Of a DNA stretch of 64,000 nucleotides, positions 28,211 through 39,739 are shown one piece after another. Origin of the DNA: Haplodiscus bocki (taxonomy: Eukaryota); NCBI GenBank assembly GCA_965655095.1, contig OZ296649.1, positions 58,962,001 through 59,026,000 of the forward strand, given 5' to 3'. Positions within the stretch are counted from its first letter, which is position 1, and each line of letters opens with the position of its first letter. Under the pieces are notes generated by a model that saw nothing but the letters and a program-made list of their open reading frames with translations, searched no databases and was not told the DNA's origin. A program made the position numbers and the translations under genes.

Positions 28211-29019
28211 TCATAAATTTGCCGGTTGCTCATTTCCATCAACATTAAGTTTCAAGTTGCGAATTCTGATACGCGTCCGTTTTGTTCCATTTTCAATGAG
28301 ATGGCGACGCTTCTCAAGGAGATTTCTTTCTATTATACGCTCCTCGTGTGTTAATTGACGTGATATAAAAGCACGGTAATCAGCTGGATAATTTTTCATA
28401 TGGTGAGAATTTGCCAGAATTTTTCGTGTCGTCCAAATATTTGAGAGCTTCACGATGATGCCTCTTCGCTTGGTTTCGTCATATTTACCAATTCGGAAAT
28501 AGCGGGTTCTTCGCCAATTGTATGTTTCAAAATAGCCATGACGTGCTTCATGTGCTGAAGCCTCTGCGCTGAATTTTGTGATGTAATTTCCGGGATGTTT
28601 TGAATTCGAATGCCGGTACTACCGTCTGGTGAATGTTGTTTGCGTACGTTTTCGGGAGTCTTCACTTCACTTTCATTCACTTTTTTCTCGACGAATTGAA
28701 GTGCTTTTTCGACTTTCATTTGAAGGGACGACAAATTGTTCTTTATTTCTGCGCATTGCAATGTGGCATTGACAGTTATCTTCGGGAAGTAATAGTCACA
28801 ATAGTATCTGAAGTTTGGAAACTTCTTCAGCGTTTGGTACTCATCTGCTGTCATAGAAATACACTCTGCGTGGGTCCAGGAGTTGCAAGCATCGCATTGA
28901 AACCAGCAGCCACCGCTCTTTTTCTTGCATTTGACACAGTTTACCTCCGATACGGAGCCACCGCGGCGGCCCCTCGCAGCTGCCAACAGATATGAAACAC
29001 TATTTAATAAGTTTATCAC
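28211..29019 (-). pseudogene. LINE ORF1 (PHD finger + coiled coil + C-terminal domain), one frameshift near 28450
   Basis: CVKCKKK...WFQCDACNSWTHAECI...RYYC matches the PHD C4HC3 pattern. IRIQNIPE and AFISRQLTHEER are typical CR1/L2 ORF1 C-terminal motifs. Confidence 0.85.
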
Positions 29020-29339
29020 AACAATTAGGCTTGCGCGTTATCACAACGTGCAAAATTAAGAATATTTTCTGTGCCCAAATCTTGATTTCAGGTGTAATCG
29101 GGCTCGAAACTCTGACTTGTTCATGTTGAAGCCGAAGTTTATTGGCCAAAGGACATTCAAGCAATCTGGTACGTACTTTTTCTCGTCGAGTCATCTTTTT
29201 GGCGATTTTTTCAATCAGGGTTTGTGAAGCGTTTCTGTTTTGACTTTCAGTCACTTGGTTTTTCCCCGCTTGCTTCCAGGCGATTTTTCTTTGCGCTTTC
29301 CTGTTGCTTCCGAGATGCTCTCATCAGTTAGTTGTTCTC

Positions 29340-30700
29340 CAATGTGTTTAAGCAACAATTTTTTTTCTGGAATGTTCTCAGATGTTTAGCCCACCTACCT
29401 TGAGCGACAAACAAAAGAAACACCAAACTTTTTTCAATTTTGATGGTTGGCCTGGGGAATTTTTATTTTTGGCAGATGTTGACCTAATTTTGCCATACAT
29501 GTCTGCCATCTGTGGTGCTGTTATGTCCGCGGAAGAAAATTGTCGCTGGACACTTCTGGACAGACAAAAGTATACGTTTTGTGACGATGTCTCTCCTAGT
29601 TGAGACAATTTTAAGCAGTTATTGTTGTAATTTGTTTCTCGTTAGTATATTTTTTAAAGGACTTTTTGATTCCAGTGACAGAATCCAGGACTCGATCCAA
29701 CTGTGAAATTGATTGATGTCTCGTGGAAAAGTGTTCTGGGTTTGAAGGGTGAAGCTTATTCGACAGTGTGGTGGTATTTTGATGTTTTGTACTTACAACC
29801 AAAGATTTTCCGTGGTCGTTGAAACCAGCTGTGTTATTGAAGGACAACTTTACCAATTACTTTGAAAATGTCAATCAACGTTTCTTTGTTGTACGAATGT
29901 GCTGCTAACTTGACTTGGTATGCGTTGATTCTTTTAATTCTTGAGGTAGCCAATATCAACTTTCTTGATTTTCTCGGGACTACTTTCGCTAAGAATCTGC
30001 TGTCTGTGCCCTGCATAAGCAGATTGTTTGCCAGCAATAATTGAGTTATATTCAAAGAGACTATTATTTAATTGGTCCTTTTTTGTGATTATATTTGTAT
30101 TAGGGTATTATTATTATGTTGGAGTACTGGAATGCCGAGTAGTAGTTAAGTTAAATACCTGACAAGGGAGGTTGTCTCCTGATCCAATAGTGCCCTCTCT
30201 GGTTATCGTCCAGTTTCTGCCACTTCAAAATCCATTGCTGCCTACCCAACAGAGTATTTGATAAGAGGCTCCAACATTCATATCCACCTATTCAATAAGT
30301 TTATCCTAACGAATGGCCTATATTTCAGAAGTATTATCTAATGAAAATGTGATGGATCTTAACCCTTGCGTGGGAATCCTGATAGTCCTAAAGGCGAAAA
30401 ATGATAATGGTTTTGACTTATCCCTCTATTCAATTTCTCATCTCCGAAATTATTGGCTTAAGTTCTCCCATCAAGGTAATAATTGACATTTTTGTGGCTG
30501 CAGAAGGGTCTTGGAATTGAAATTCCTTCCTTTCCGCGAGCAACTCAGTTTATGTTGCGCCGAAAATGCCGAATTGTGCAATTATTATTGTCAATTTTGA
30601 CGGTATTCAAACTAATATTTTTCTAATCTTCTCCGACTTAATTTTTTCCGTCACGGTCTGAATCGACAAGTTTCTATTTAATCAGTAATTTTTTGAGAAT
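29340..30700 (-). mobile_element. Older, heavily decayed LINE ORF2 remnant (endonuclease to start of RT)
   Basis: LMGEL (GDxN-like, ~30470), WTITREGTIGSGDNLPL (SDHxPI-like, ~30165-30215) and an ISLxS.VGK..E.I-like stretch at ~29370-29430. Confidence 0.3.
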
Positions 30701-31161
30701 AATTCGTTGTATGTTCGATCAGTCAATTCTAGACGCGTTTGAAGGAAAATTTCGCCGTGCGGCGGCGCCTCCTGTTTTACGTAAAGTGTGGCGGCGTTAA
30801 TCATCGTCTTCATTTGGTTTAGAGTGAGTGTTAAGTACTTCTATGCACCTTCTTTGGCTGCTGAGTTGTTTCACTTTCCTGAAGTTTCCACAATTTCTTC
30901 TGAAAGTTTGTCCTTTTTTCAACTTTGTTCGTCAGAACTTTTTACAACGTTATGCTTCAGTCTATGTGAATTTGGCTCTCTTCTTGACTCCGGTAATTCC
31001 TTAGCGCTTACGGCGACATTTTTCATTACTTTGCCACTTTGCAGACGTTCAAAAAGTGATGGGAAAAATTTAGGGTATCAATTCACTCTCTTCGATGTTC
31101 ATGTCTCGCAAGATTCCTTTTTTTGAAAAAAGTCGACGGCTCCTCATGTTCTAGAAAAAAA

Positions 31162-31338
31162 ATGGCGACCATTCTCAACTTGGCCAGTACAAAAACTGAT
31201 CAAGCGTTCAACGAGAGAGACGAGGGAACTCTATCTGTTCAACAAAATGATATTCACATTCGCATACAGCAAAGAAATGGACGTAAAACACTAACGACAA
31301 TCCAAGGTGGGTTTTCCGTGAGCTATGATTTACGTTGA
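31162..31338 (+). pseudogene. EIF1: Eukaryotic translation initiation factor eIF1/SUI1, N-terminal half only (truncated copy, or a first coding exon ending at 31306)
   Basis: MATILNL...DIHIRIQQRNGRKTLTTIQG is the near-invariant eIF1 signature, with start context aaaATGG. There is a possible donor CAAG|GTGGGT at 31307; otherwise the frame stops at TGA 31336-31338. I did not find the C-terminal F[AS]CNG/IQLQGDQR half in the window. Confidence 0.85.
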
Positions 31339-31811
31339 CTGAATGATTCAGAACTAATACAGTTGCTAAGATGGGAAAATTGCTACTACCAGGCTTGTTC
31401 AAATAATATTTGCAATTGTTAATTGGAGAAAGGTTTTCCATTTTATCAATTCATTTTCGAAGCTCCCAGTTACAGCAATTAATTGCCCTCTAACTTTCAT
31501 ACATCTACTGTCACAATCATATCTTGACAAGTATGCGAGCACAACTATATCTGTAACGTATCTACATCTCAAACAATTCAGAAGCTGCCTCCTGGCCCCG
31601 TTGCCCGCAGTCCTTTCAAATTTTTTTTCAAAAAAAATAAAGTAAAAAAAACTTAATGATCCGCTTAAACGAAAACGGTGGGGGTATGATGAATTTTGGG
31701 GATTGCGTCTTGAAAAGACTACCAAGTGGGAGTATCCATAGATGGTAGATATAATATTGCAATATGTCATGTACTGAAACAAGAACCTTGGTTGAGGACA
31801 GATGAACTTGA

Positions 31812-32990
31812 AATCAAACCTAGGATTCCCTGCCCTTTAAAACATTCCAATGTACCTAATGACCTTTGAACCATTTAAACTATTTGGTCATTCTGTTTAT
31901 TTTAATAAAGAAAACTTCAGTCTTAATTACAAGCTCAAGAGAGAATATAACTACTGCGTGGTTCGTTTTTTTTTAACTAACCGAAATCTAGGATTGCGAC
32001 CCAAGCTCCGAAGTTCTTGTTCCGCTCGCCAATACTGTCTTCTCCAAGATTTAAGGACAATCAAGACCTGAAATTCAAATTTTTGAGTTGGTGACAGTTC
32101 CGAAACAATCCTGATAATGCAATACAGAGAGAAACTATCCTCCAGATAGATGGCAAACTTTTGCTCCCTACCAACCACCCGCTGCCATTCGTTCACGTCA
32201 TCCACCAAACCCTGTCAACCGTCATCCACACCTGATCCAGTTGCACGTCATCTACATCCAGATCCACGAACCTGTAAAACTAAAATTTTGTCTTAACAAC
32301 TCCCCCTTACAGATTGTAAACAATCAACGTGATTTGGGTCTTACGCTCTACTCATTGCTCTCCTGGTCGAATAACTGTGGAACAAGACTTCAGAAAGGCT
32401 GGCGTGCGTTCTATTTTGTGAAGAGAATTTTTTCGCCTACTGCCACTGAGCAAACAAAGTCAAACGTTTATCCTGGCTATGTGTTTCTTATACTCAAGTC
32501 TAGAGATTTTTCTAGTCAAGTGAAAATAATGCCTCTGTCGATGTACTTTGAACTTCACTTCATGACCTTTTCCTAATATCAGTGATGGGAGGCAAGTACA
32601 GCATCGGCACTTGTAGGGCATTATCAATCGCTGCAGGTGCGAGAACTCTTCAGTCAGCGGTAAATGAATTTATTATACCTTAGACCCGACTGAAGAGATG
32701 TGACGAAAACTTTGTGGTTCTTGCAGCCATCTTATTCAACGTTATGAGACGCCGCCTAATCAAAAGAAATGAAACGTTGATGAATAAGAAAACGATAACT
32801 GCAGTTTACTGGTAGTACTTTCGGAACTTTTCTCAAGTAGAATGTCATGTGCACTTGGAGATTTTACTGTCACTGCGGAGACTGCAAGATACACTCAAAA
32901 CTGACATACTTGTGCCTTGTTGGAAAATACTGGGTGAAAACCGATGGGCTCAAAACCTAAAGACTTTACTAGTACTACTAATACTAAAAC
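31812..32990 (+). mobile_element. Internally deleted LINE fragment (3' end of RT with TAC-type tail); also at 48323-49500
   Basis: LNNSPLQIVNNQRDLGLTL...LSWSNN matches the KDLGV..D..LSW..H motif. It ends in a tactagtactactaatact microsatellite-like tail. Confidence 0.7.
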
Positions 32991-34871
32991 AGGAGAAGGA
33001 TCGGCAGGATCAATGAGAACAAACTACAAGTTTTACGCGTAGACTGTCTGTTGCTTCAATTTTGAAGAGCAACTTTCAAATACATTGCTTTCAGTTCAAC
33101 ACTGGAGGCGCAAAAATATCACTGATGAGGAGTTTTCACCTTGTTCGCAAAAGTCGTATTTCAATAATGATTCTGGCACTTTTACAATTGAAGTACAATT
33201 GATATTCAATTTGGGCGCAACGACAGTACGATGGTTAGATTTCAGTTACCAGCCAGAGATTCCTCGGGATGTCTCAATTCATGAAGTATTCCAAAGGTGT
33301 TGGTAATGTCAAAGCCAGTTTTGATGTATTTTTCAAGATGCTTTAGCGGCTGAACTTCTTGCAATTGCTTTCATTTGACTTAGAACATTGTTTTTCAACT
33401 ATCCGATTTTCTTTTTGATCATTTTCAATCTCACCATAGTCTTCCGAGTATTGTTTTTTGCAGAAAATTTCTGATTTTCACTTTAGATTTTTAGAACAGT
33501 TGAGTTGTACACAAATGATTTTTCAATTTAGTTTTTTGTTTGATTGGGTGGCATTGTTGTTTTCATCTTTGTTTCTACATCTATTGGTCTTTCCATGGTT
33601 TTTACGAAGAACTGATTAAAAAAACTTCAAATATCTCTCTGCAGTTACTTTGCATTTGTTAGAAATTTTTCATTTAAAAATTTTTTTTTGGAGACGCAGT
33701 TGATTCTTTTCAACAACAATTCTTAGGCGATTATTTTCCAGTTTTTTTCTTGCGTCCTGTCATTAACATGTTGACATGAAGTTTGTAATTAACTGAGGAG
33801 AGCTTGAGATACCATAATGGAACACCTAAATGTGTTTGAATCACAATTTCTTCGGTCTTGATATTCACTTCTCTCTAAACTACCAGAGTCACTGGTAAAG
33901 TATTAATTTAGTATTCGGTACCAAATATTACTTTTCAGAGCTCTACTGCTCGAGTTCCGACGTGAAGGCAGTTTAGTGGGATCGCTCATTGTTAGCGTAA
34001 AAACGGATTCAAGCATCCGAGTCAAAAAGAGAATTTGACGAGTTCAAAAAAGCATCGATGGTGAAACTCCAAAAAAGGTTGTTTTGGTCCTTCAAGATCC
34101 AATGTGTAGTAGGCTCCCGGAGGCTGATTTATCATCAAGTTTGGAAAACTTTGGCTACCTGCAGTTTGGAGTTAAGCTGGAAAGCAAGTTGCTTAATGAG
34201 CGTTTTCCGATGACCCTCAGTTACGCCCTGCCATTCTGCTGAAAGATCTTGGGCCTAGACAACCCAAAGATGGATAGTCCAAGTAGCAGCAGGCGAGAGA
34301 CTGTTTATGGCAAAAACCCAAGCTTGGAACTCATTAGGCGACTTTTTTCAACTAGCCGGGAACATTATTCAAAGAGATATAGTGTCATGTCATTGACATT
34401 CCTGGCTTTGAATTTATTTGAGAACCACATGAGACACCCTTATAGAACACCCAAAGATTTTAATTCATAGTTTGTTCGTTCTCGTTGTTTTCATCTCTTC
34501 TCTCTAATCTAGCACAGTCGCATGTAGTGAGTTTTTGTTTAGTCTTTGGTACCAACTGAACATTTTCAAAGCCTTCCCGGTCAAATTCTGACATCTTGTC
34601 CTCTGATCTAACCTAATTTTTGCTTCACTCAACTTAGCTTTTTTAACTCGTTTCTTACGGCTCAACCACTACTTATACACTTAATCCTGATTCGTATTAT
34701 CCTTAATCCTTATGGAATTTTTCTTTGAGTTTGAACAAGTACTTGGAAGTGTTTTGGTGGTGACGGCGATACCAACAGGCATGCTTTTTGCAATTGCTTC
34801 TTCGAGATGCTGCTTCACGTTCAAACTTTGCCTGAAGCAACGAAATAATTTAGATCTGTCTGTAACATCCC

Positions 34872-35277
34872 TGTAACATTGCGTGCTATGGTGAAACTAA
34901 GGCAGAAAAGACTTATCTAAAGAATGTGCACATCAAAACGTATCTTTAAAGGAGATATGAACTCTGCACTTTCCGGAGTGTAACCGGCACTTTTTTTAAG
35001 ATAACCTACTCCCTCTCCTCAATAGTGAGACATTATTTAGTATCAATAGCTTAAATTCTTAGTTTAAGGACACAATAAATTTGCGGAATCTAAGTGAAAG
35101 TTGACTTAAACTAACAAAGTTTCTTTTCTGAGACGGGCTGTTGAGTTACCACTGGTAGCAAGTCTAATCGCGGGACCTCGCAGCCACTACTCTCATGAAC
35201 AATCTGAAAGTATTGAACGTTAAAATTCGCTCCGGCTACGAAGAAGAACATCTAGAAGTAGATTCACTTACATTGGA
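34872..35277 (+). mobile_element. Solo LTR (family A) inserted in a Gypsy gag, with 5-bp TSD ATCCC
   Basis: Starts TGTAA, has TTACA near the end and AATAAA at ~35073. ATCCC lies at 34867-34871 and 35278-35282. Removing the insertion restores in-frame gag LSVTSLCDRFCNP. Homologous to 36863-37797 and 51381-51786. Confidence 0.85.
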
Positions 35278-35368
35278 ATCCCTTTGTGACCGTTTTTGCA
35301 ATCCTCATGCACAAGGATTACATATTTTGTAACTTGAGTACCGGAAATTTGACTCAAAACGGACAATC

Positions 35369-36120
35369 GCTATCAAATATGTCTTGATATGATTGCAACT
35401 AAAGCAAGGCAATAGTCCTGCCTAGCAACTCTTTTTTCTAAAGATAGCGTTGAAGCTCTAGAAACTTGCGAAACTGAGCAAATAATACTACTTTCGACGG
35501 AAAAAGCTTTCGACGGAAAAAGCTGAGAACTTATGCTATGGAGCTTGGCTCATTACTTCAGCTACAACACCATGTACTCTATACGAATCGGATATCAAAT
35601 CTACCACATCTGGAGTTATTAAATATCGGGGATGCCGAGTCTATATAATCACTTTGAAGTGCGCAGGGCAATTGTCGTCCTCATCAAGATTAGATCGGAC
35701 GTCAGTATTTGTGAACAACTTCCGGCTATCAAAGTCAATGTAAAAGTTCCAGATCCTTTAAAAAAGTTATGGAGTAAATAACCCGCAATTGATGACATGC
35801 CCTACTACTCTACGAAAACAGAGGAAGGAGTTGCTTCACTAAAAGAAGGCCGTGAGCACTTACTTGAAAGTCCTAAAATGCGCGACCCGAGAAAAACTTC
35901 GATATTGCACGCCCGATTACTTCGAAGATGACTCATGACTCATCTGCGCCCATCGCTCTCTAAGGTGTTTGAATCCCACCTATCTATAAAACATTCTTTG
36001 ATATTGAGTTTGATTTCATTCATTGGTTTTATGCTACTTCATGTCATTGTTGTTTGGTTGTATCACCGTTATAAACTTCGCCACCTGACTACTCGACTTT
36101 GGTGTAGTCTCTTGTCCTAA
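35369..36120 (+). pseudogene. env: env-like envelope glycoprotein C-terminal portion, decayed
   Basis: Cys-spaced ectodomain remnant (RYQICLD..SCLATLF..ETCETE..WLITSA..GCRVYIITLKC..SICEQLP) followed by a hydrophobic TM segment HSLILSLISFIGFMLLHVIVVWLY and a basic tail HRYKLR. Lies upstream of a PPT and an LTR. Confidence 0.55.
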
Positions 36121-36862
36121 AACGCCAAAAGACAACAATTCTCGCAAAACTCCGGCGCGAACATGTGTTAATGAAAACAAAGTAGGCTCAGCCAGTGCAC
36201 CTTCCCCTGACTACTCAGAAAAGGTCAGAGCACTCTCTCGTTCTCTATCAGAATCTTCTTTAAGGGAGAAGACTATGATTTCAGCCTTAGGCTAATTTCA
36301 TGGTACTGCACCAAGCTTGTCGGAGTGGAGCAAAATCGAGCTCAAAGTCAAATTGATGAGCTCCTGCGGTTTCTATTGGAGCGCAAACGTAACGTCTATC
36401 GAGCAGCAAGCTCTTTTGACCGGAAACAGAAAAAAAATGAGTTTCTTAACCACGCTAGGTCTTTTCAAACAGATGGAAAAGGAACCAGAACATTTTTTTG
36501 CCAGCTGATTGTCATCGTCAAAAACGTTTTTATTTTTTATGCACTGGAATTATTTTCACTTTCGTAACTGTAGTGCAAATAAATTTGAAATATAAAAGCT
36601 TCTTGGGATTGGACGACTGTGTTGGCAACAGTACGACAACTCTTCTGGATTCTGCATATTCATTTTTGATACTGACTCTGCTAATGGAACTATTCTCAAC
36701 TCCTCAAAGACGTTTTTGGATCGAATTGAACCTTTTGGCTTCGGAATATCGATTTTTTTATGCCACTCTGGAGATGGCTGTTCTGCATCTGAGACACCTG
36801 CCTTCCTTCGCCTTGTTGCAAATGATGACGAACCAACGGCGAATTGACGGAAACGAGGGTAG

Positions 36863-37797
36863 TGTAGAATTGGATAATGTGGTGAAACTAAAGCAGAAAA
36901 AACTTTTCTAAGGAATGTGCCCATGAAAACGTATCTTTAAAGGAAATATGAACAAAATATGAACTCTGCTCTTTCGGGAGTGTAACCGGCGCTTTTTTCA
37001 AGATAACCTACTCCCTCTTCTCAAAAGTGAAACATTATTTAGTATCAATAGCTTAAATTCTTAGTTTAAGGACACAAGAATTTTGCGTATTCTAAGTGAA
37101 AATTGATTCAAACTAACGAAGTTTCTTTTCTGAGACGAGGTATTGACTTGCCAATGGTACCGATTCTAATCGTGGGACTTCGCATCCAATACTCTCATCA
37201 ACAAGAAACCCGGCTATCCCAGGGATATTTTGCGCATTCCAACATTGTTAAGGATGCCTTTGAGGAGCATGAAGGCCTTTTTTTTGTCAAAATAATCTGT
37301 TTCTTCATGTTTTCTAATTTTTCCAACCTTAATTTTTTCTGATTTTCGCCAAAAAACCTCTAAACTAAAGTGGAAAGACATTTTCAAAAAAAATCTTTTG
37401 ATACGCGTTCTAGAAAAATTTTGCCACATGTAGCGATTTCGAAAATTTTCAAGTTTGTTTTTCGGAAAAACCTGTATTTTTCGATAAAAACCCCAAGTCT
37501 TCCAAATTTCGAACGTTTTGAGTTTCATTCTATTCCAGTCGCATTCCACGCTAAGTTTGCTACACTTTGTTTAAAAAAATAAGTCAGTTTCAGACGTCGC
37601 CAAAGTTACCGATGTTGGCGTGAACGCAACAGGCAAACACCGGGTGAGAAAAACGTCAGTAATAGCCCATTCGAGGTTAAGATTTTGCTTCCATAGTTTG
37701 ATATATGGCGCAAAATGACTTTTCAAAAAAAAATTGGAACTTTAAAACCCGCTCCGGCTCCGAAGGAGAGTGTCTAGATATAGATTCACATTCATTA
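36863..37797 (+). mobile_element. Solo LTR (family A, diverged copy) with nested HINE-like insertion
   Basis: 36863-37200 and 37730-37797 align with 34872-35277. Flanked by GGTAG (36858-36862) and GGTTG (37798-37802), a 1-mismatch TSD. Confidence 0.75.
37200..37730 (-). mobile_element. HINE-like repeat, copy 4, inserted in the solo LTR
   Basis: Colinear with 7668-8250 and absent from the homologous LTR copies at 34872 and 51381. Confidence 0.8.
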
Positions 37798-37802
37798 GGT
37801 TG

Positions 37803-38174
37803 TGCCAGTTCGTGTGCGACGACACGCTACACAGTCAAAACCAGCAGCAGCACAACACAACTGGATCCACTGGTTGGTCTGAAATTTAACATACAGGACA
37901 ATACGATCTTCTCAGAACAACAAGAAGCCTACATCCTATTGCTGAATAGAATAACCTAGACAGACGCCTACAACCATTTGGAGAAGGAATGGACAAGACA
38001 CGTACTTGAGCTAAAGCAATCCTATGATGCAGAGAGCCGCAATCCCAATATTCTGTCAATCCTATTCTTATCCTAACCCAGGACGCTTAATTTAGATGCA
38101 GTAAATCGATAGTTGCGCTCCGATTGTTTTGATAACGATTGTTTTCATCATGCATCTTGAAACCACAGATTTCA
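37803..38174 (+). mobile_element. Putative LTR of the macrodomain-bearing Gypsy element
   Basis: Once the solo LTR is removed, the purine tract GGAAACGAGGGTAG abuts TG (37803). The segment ends TTTCA and is followed by TTGG (PBS position), ~150 bp before gag. No second copy in the window confirms it. Confidence 0.45.
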
Positions 38175-38317
38175 TTGGGAAGAATGACCCAAATTGATAA
38201 GGCAGTATTTGTGATTTTTCTTTCATTTTCCCTCATTACTTTTTGAAACTGAATCTTTTCACTAGGTTCTCATATTTCGGAAAAATCTCGCGAACCGTAA
38301 CGACGTAAATTCGGCTA

Positions 38318-39580
38318 TGAAAATTGCAGTACAATCAACAGTATCTCTTCCAAAATACGGAGGAAGTTCAACTGACAATTGGACTGACATTGAGTCTTCG
38401 ACGGATAGTTGATGTTACAGCAATCTAAGCTAGTCAAAGAGTAGGAATCTTGAAACTTCACTTGAGAGATCCAGCATTACGGTTTATCCACACATTAGAT
38501 TGAAACACGAAAGCAGACTTAGAGCTAACAATCACAGCCATGAAAAATCATTTTTGCAACCCGAATTTGAGAGAAATTCATCATATAAACTTAGAAAACA
38601 TGAGATTTAACCACAAAACAGTATCCTGAACAATGTCTGGTGAAACTTCAAAATCTAGCGATGGAAGCTTATCCAACACCAGCAGATCAACCAGTGGCAC
38701 CGGTTTAAACTAGTGTAAAAAATGACCAAGACAGATGCGATCGGGAAACGAGAGAAAATGACACTTGGAGAATTTTTGCCCAGATGGAACGAAATTGACA
38801 GATAATTAGATTGTTCAAGATTGCAATGCCCATTTTCAAGGGACTTTAACTTTTAGAAGAACCGGAGAATTCCACAATCAATGTTTTGTGCACAAAAGCT
38901 AAGCGAAAATTTGTTTTGAGAGAGCAATGCCCAGTAGATGACTGGTTTAGAGACGGATTTACTGAGTTGAGTACAGATAAGTCCTAGAAATTCCAAATGG
39001 TCACGACCAAAATGACAGAAAACCGAAACTCTCTTAAAGAGACATTCCATGCCTTCACTGAAAAAATTACTCAGCCTCAACAAGGAACATTGAGCCAAAA
39101 CACAAGCGAAAATTTTAAATCACAACAAAAATGGAGAGGAAATTTAAGCGGATGCTTAAATCGATATTGTCGAAACAGAGGATCCTATAATAATCAAGGA
39201 TCGAATAGCAACAGTACCAAAATCACAACCAAGGAAGATGCGGGAATAATTTTACCGGAAATTTTCGCGAGAGAAGTAATTATAGAGGAAACAATTACAG
39301 AGGGAACATTCGTGGAAATTTTTCAAACACTGACAACAGATACACTAATTTTCAACAAGATGATAGTCAAAATTCTGGAACGACACTAAACACAGGAAAT
39401 GTGGAAGGACATATTGAAAGAACAGCATTCTCAAAAGGTTTGCTATTCTTGTGGTTATACTAATCACACATCAAAATTTGTGAAGCGAGAGGAAGAAGCA
39501 GTTCACGAGGTGGACAAGTTCCATTCAACTCCCAGACAAAGAAACTCAAAACTCCACTCACGTCAGCTAGCTCAGAAGCG
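38318..39580 (+). pseudogene. gag: Gypsy gag, decayed
   Basis: SLPKYGGSSTDNW...LHLRDPALRF...HFCNP, an N/Q/R/G-rich low-complexity region, and a zinc knuckle CYSCGYTNH (~39440). Homologous to the gag at 51200-52870. Confidence 0.75.
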
Positions 39581-39739
39581 TCTAACCTTTCGAATTCAAT
39601 GCATTACTCTGAGCACCATTATCTAAATGTTTTCTCACCAGAGCCAGACTTATGAACCAAGAATCAGCTGTAGGAAAACTCTATCTTTAATATGGATGAA
39701 TCTCATCATCCAGTAAACTTAGAAATGAACGCGGTCATG

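Larger units (their letters stand above)
25861..29330 (-). mobile_element. CR1/L2-type non-LTR retrotransposon (LINE), near full length but defective
   Basis: ORF1 with PHD finger followed by ORF2 with APE endonuclease and RT. On the minus strand the 3' end is AATAAA followed by a (TTTC)n tail (25861-25890). The 5' boundary is approximate. Confidence 0.9.
31812..35368 (+). repeat. 3.55-kb direct duplication, copy 1
   Basis: Matches 48323-51877 from aatcaaacctagg to ggacaatc. The offset is 16511 at the start and 16509 at the end, with only scattered substitutions and homopolymer differences. The ORF track lists near-identical peptides for both copies. Confidence 0.98.

Noticed and set aside
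34872-37797. The two family-A LTRs as the paired 5' and 3' LTRs of one env-only element
   Set aside because: Each has its own different TSD, they are clearly diverged from each other, and removing the first restores a continuous gag.
39520-39600. gag-pol -1 frameshift site
   Set aside because: The region is too decayed to identify a slippery heptamer or downstream structure.
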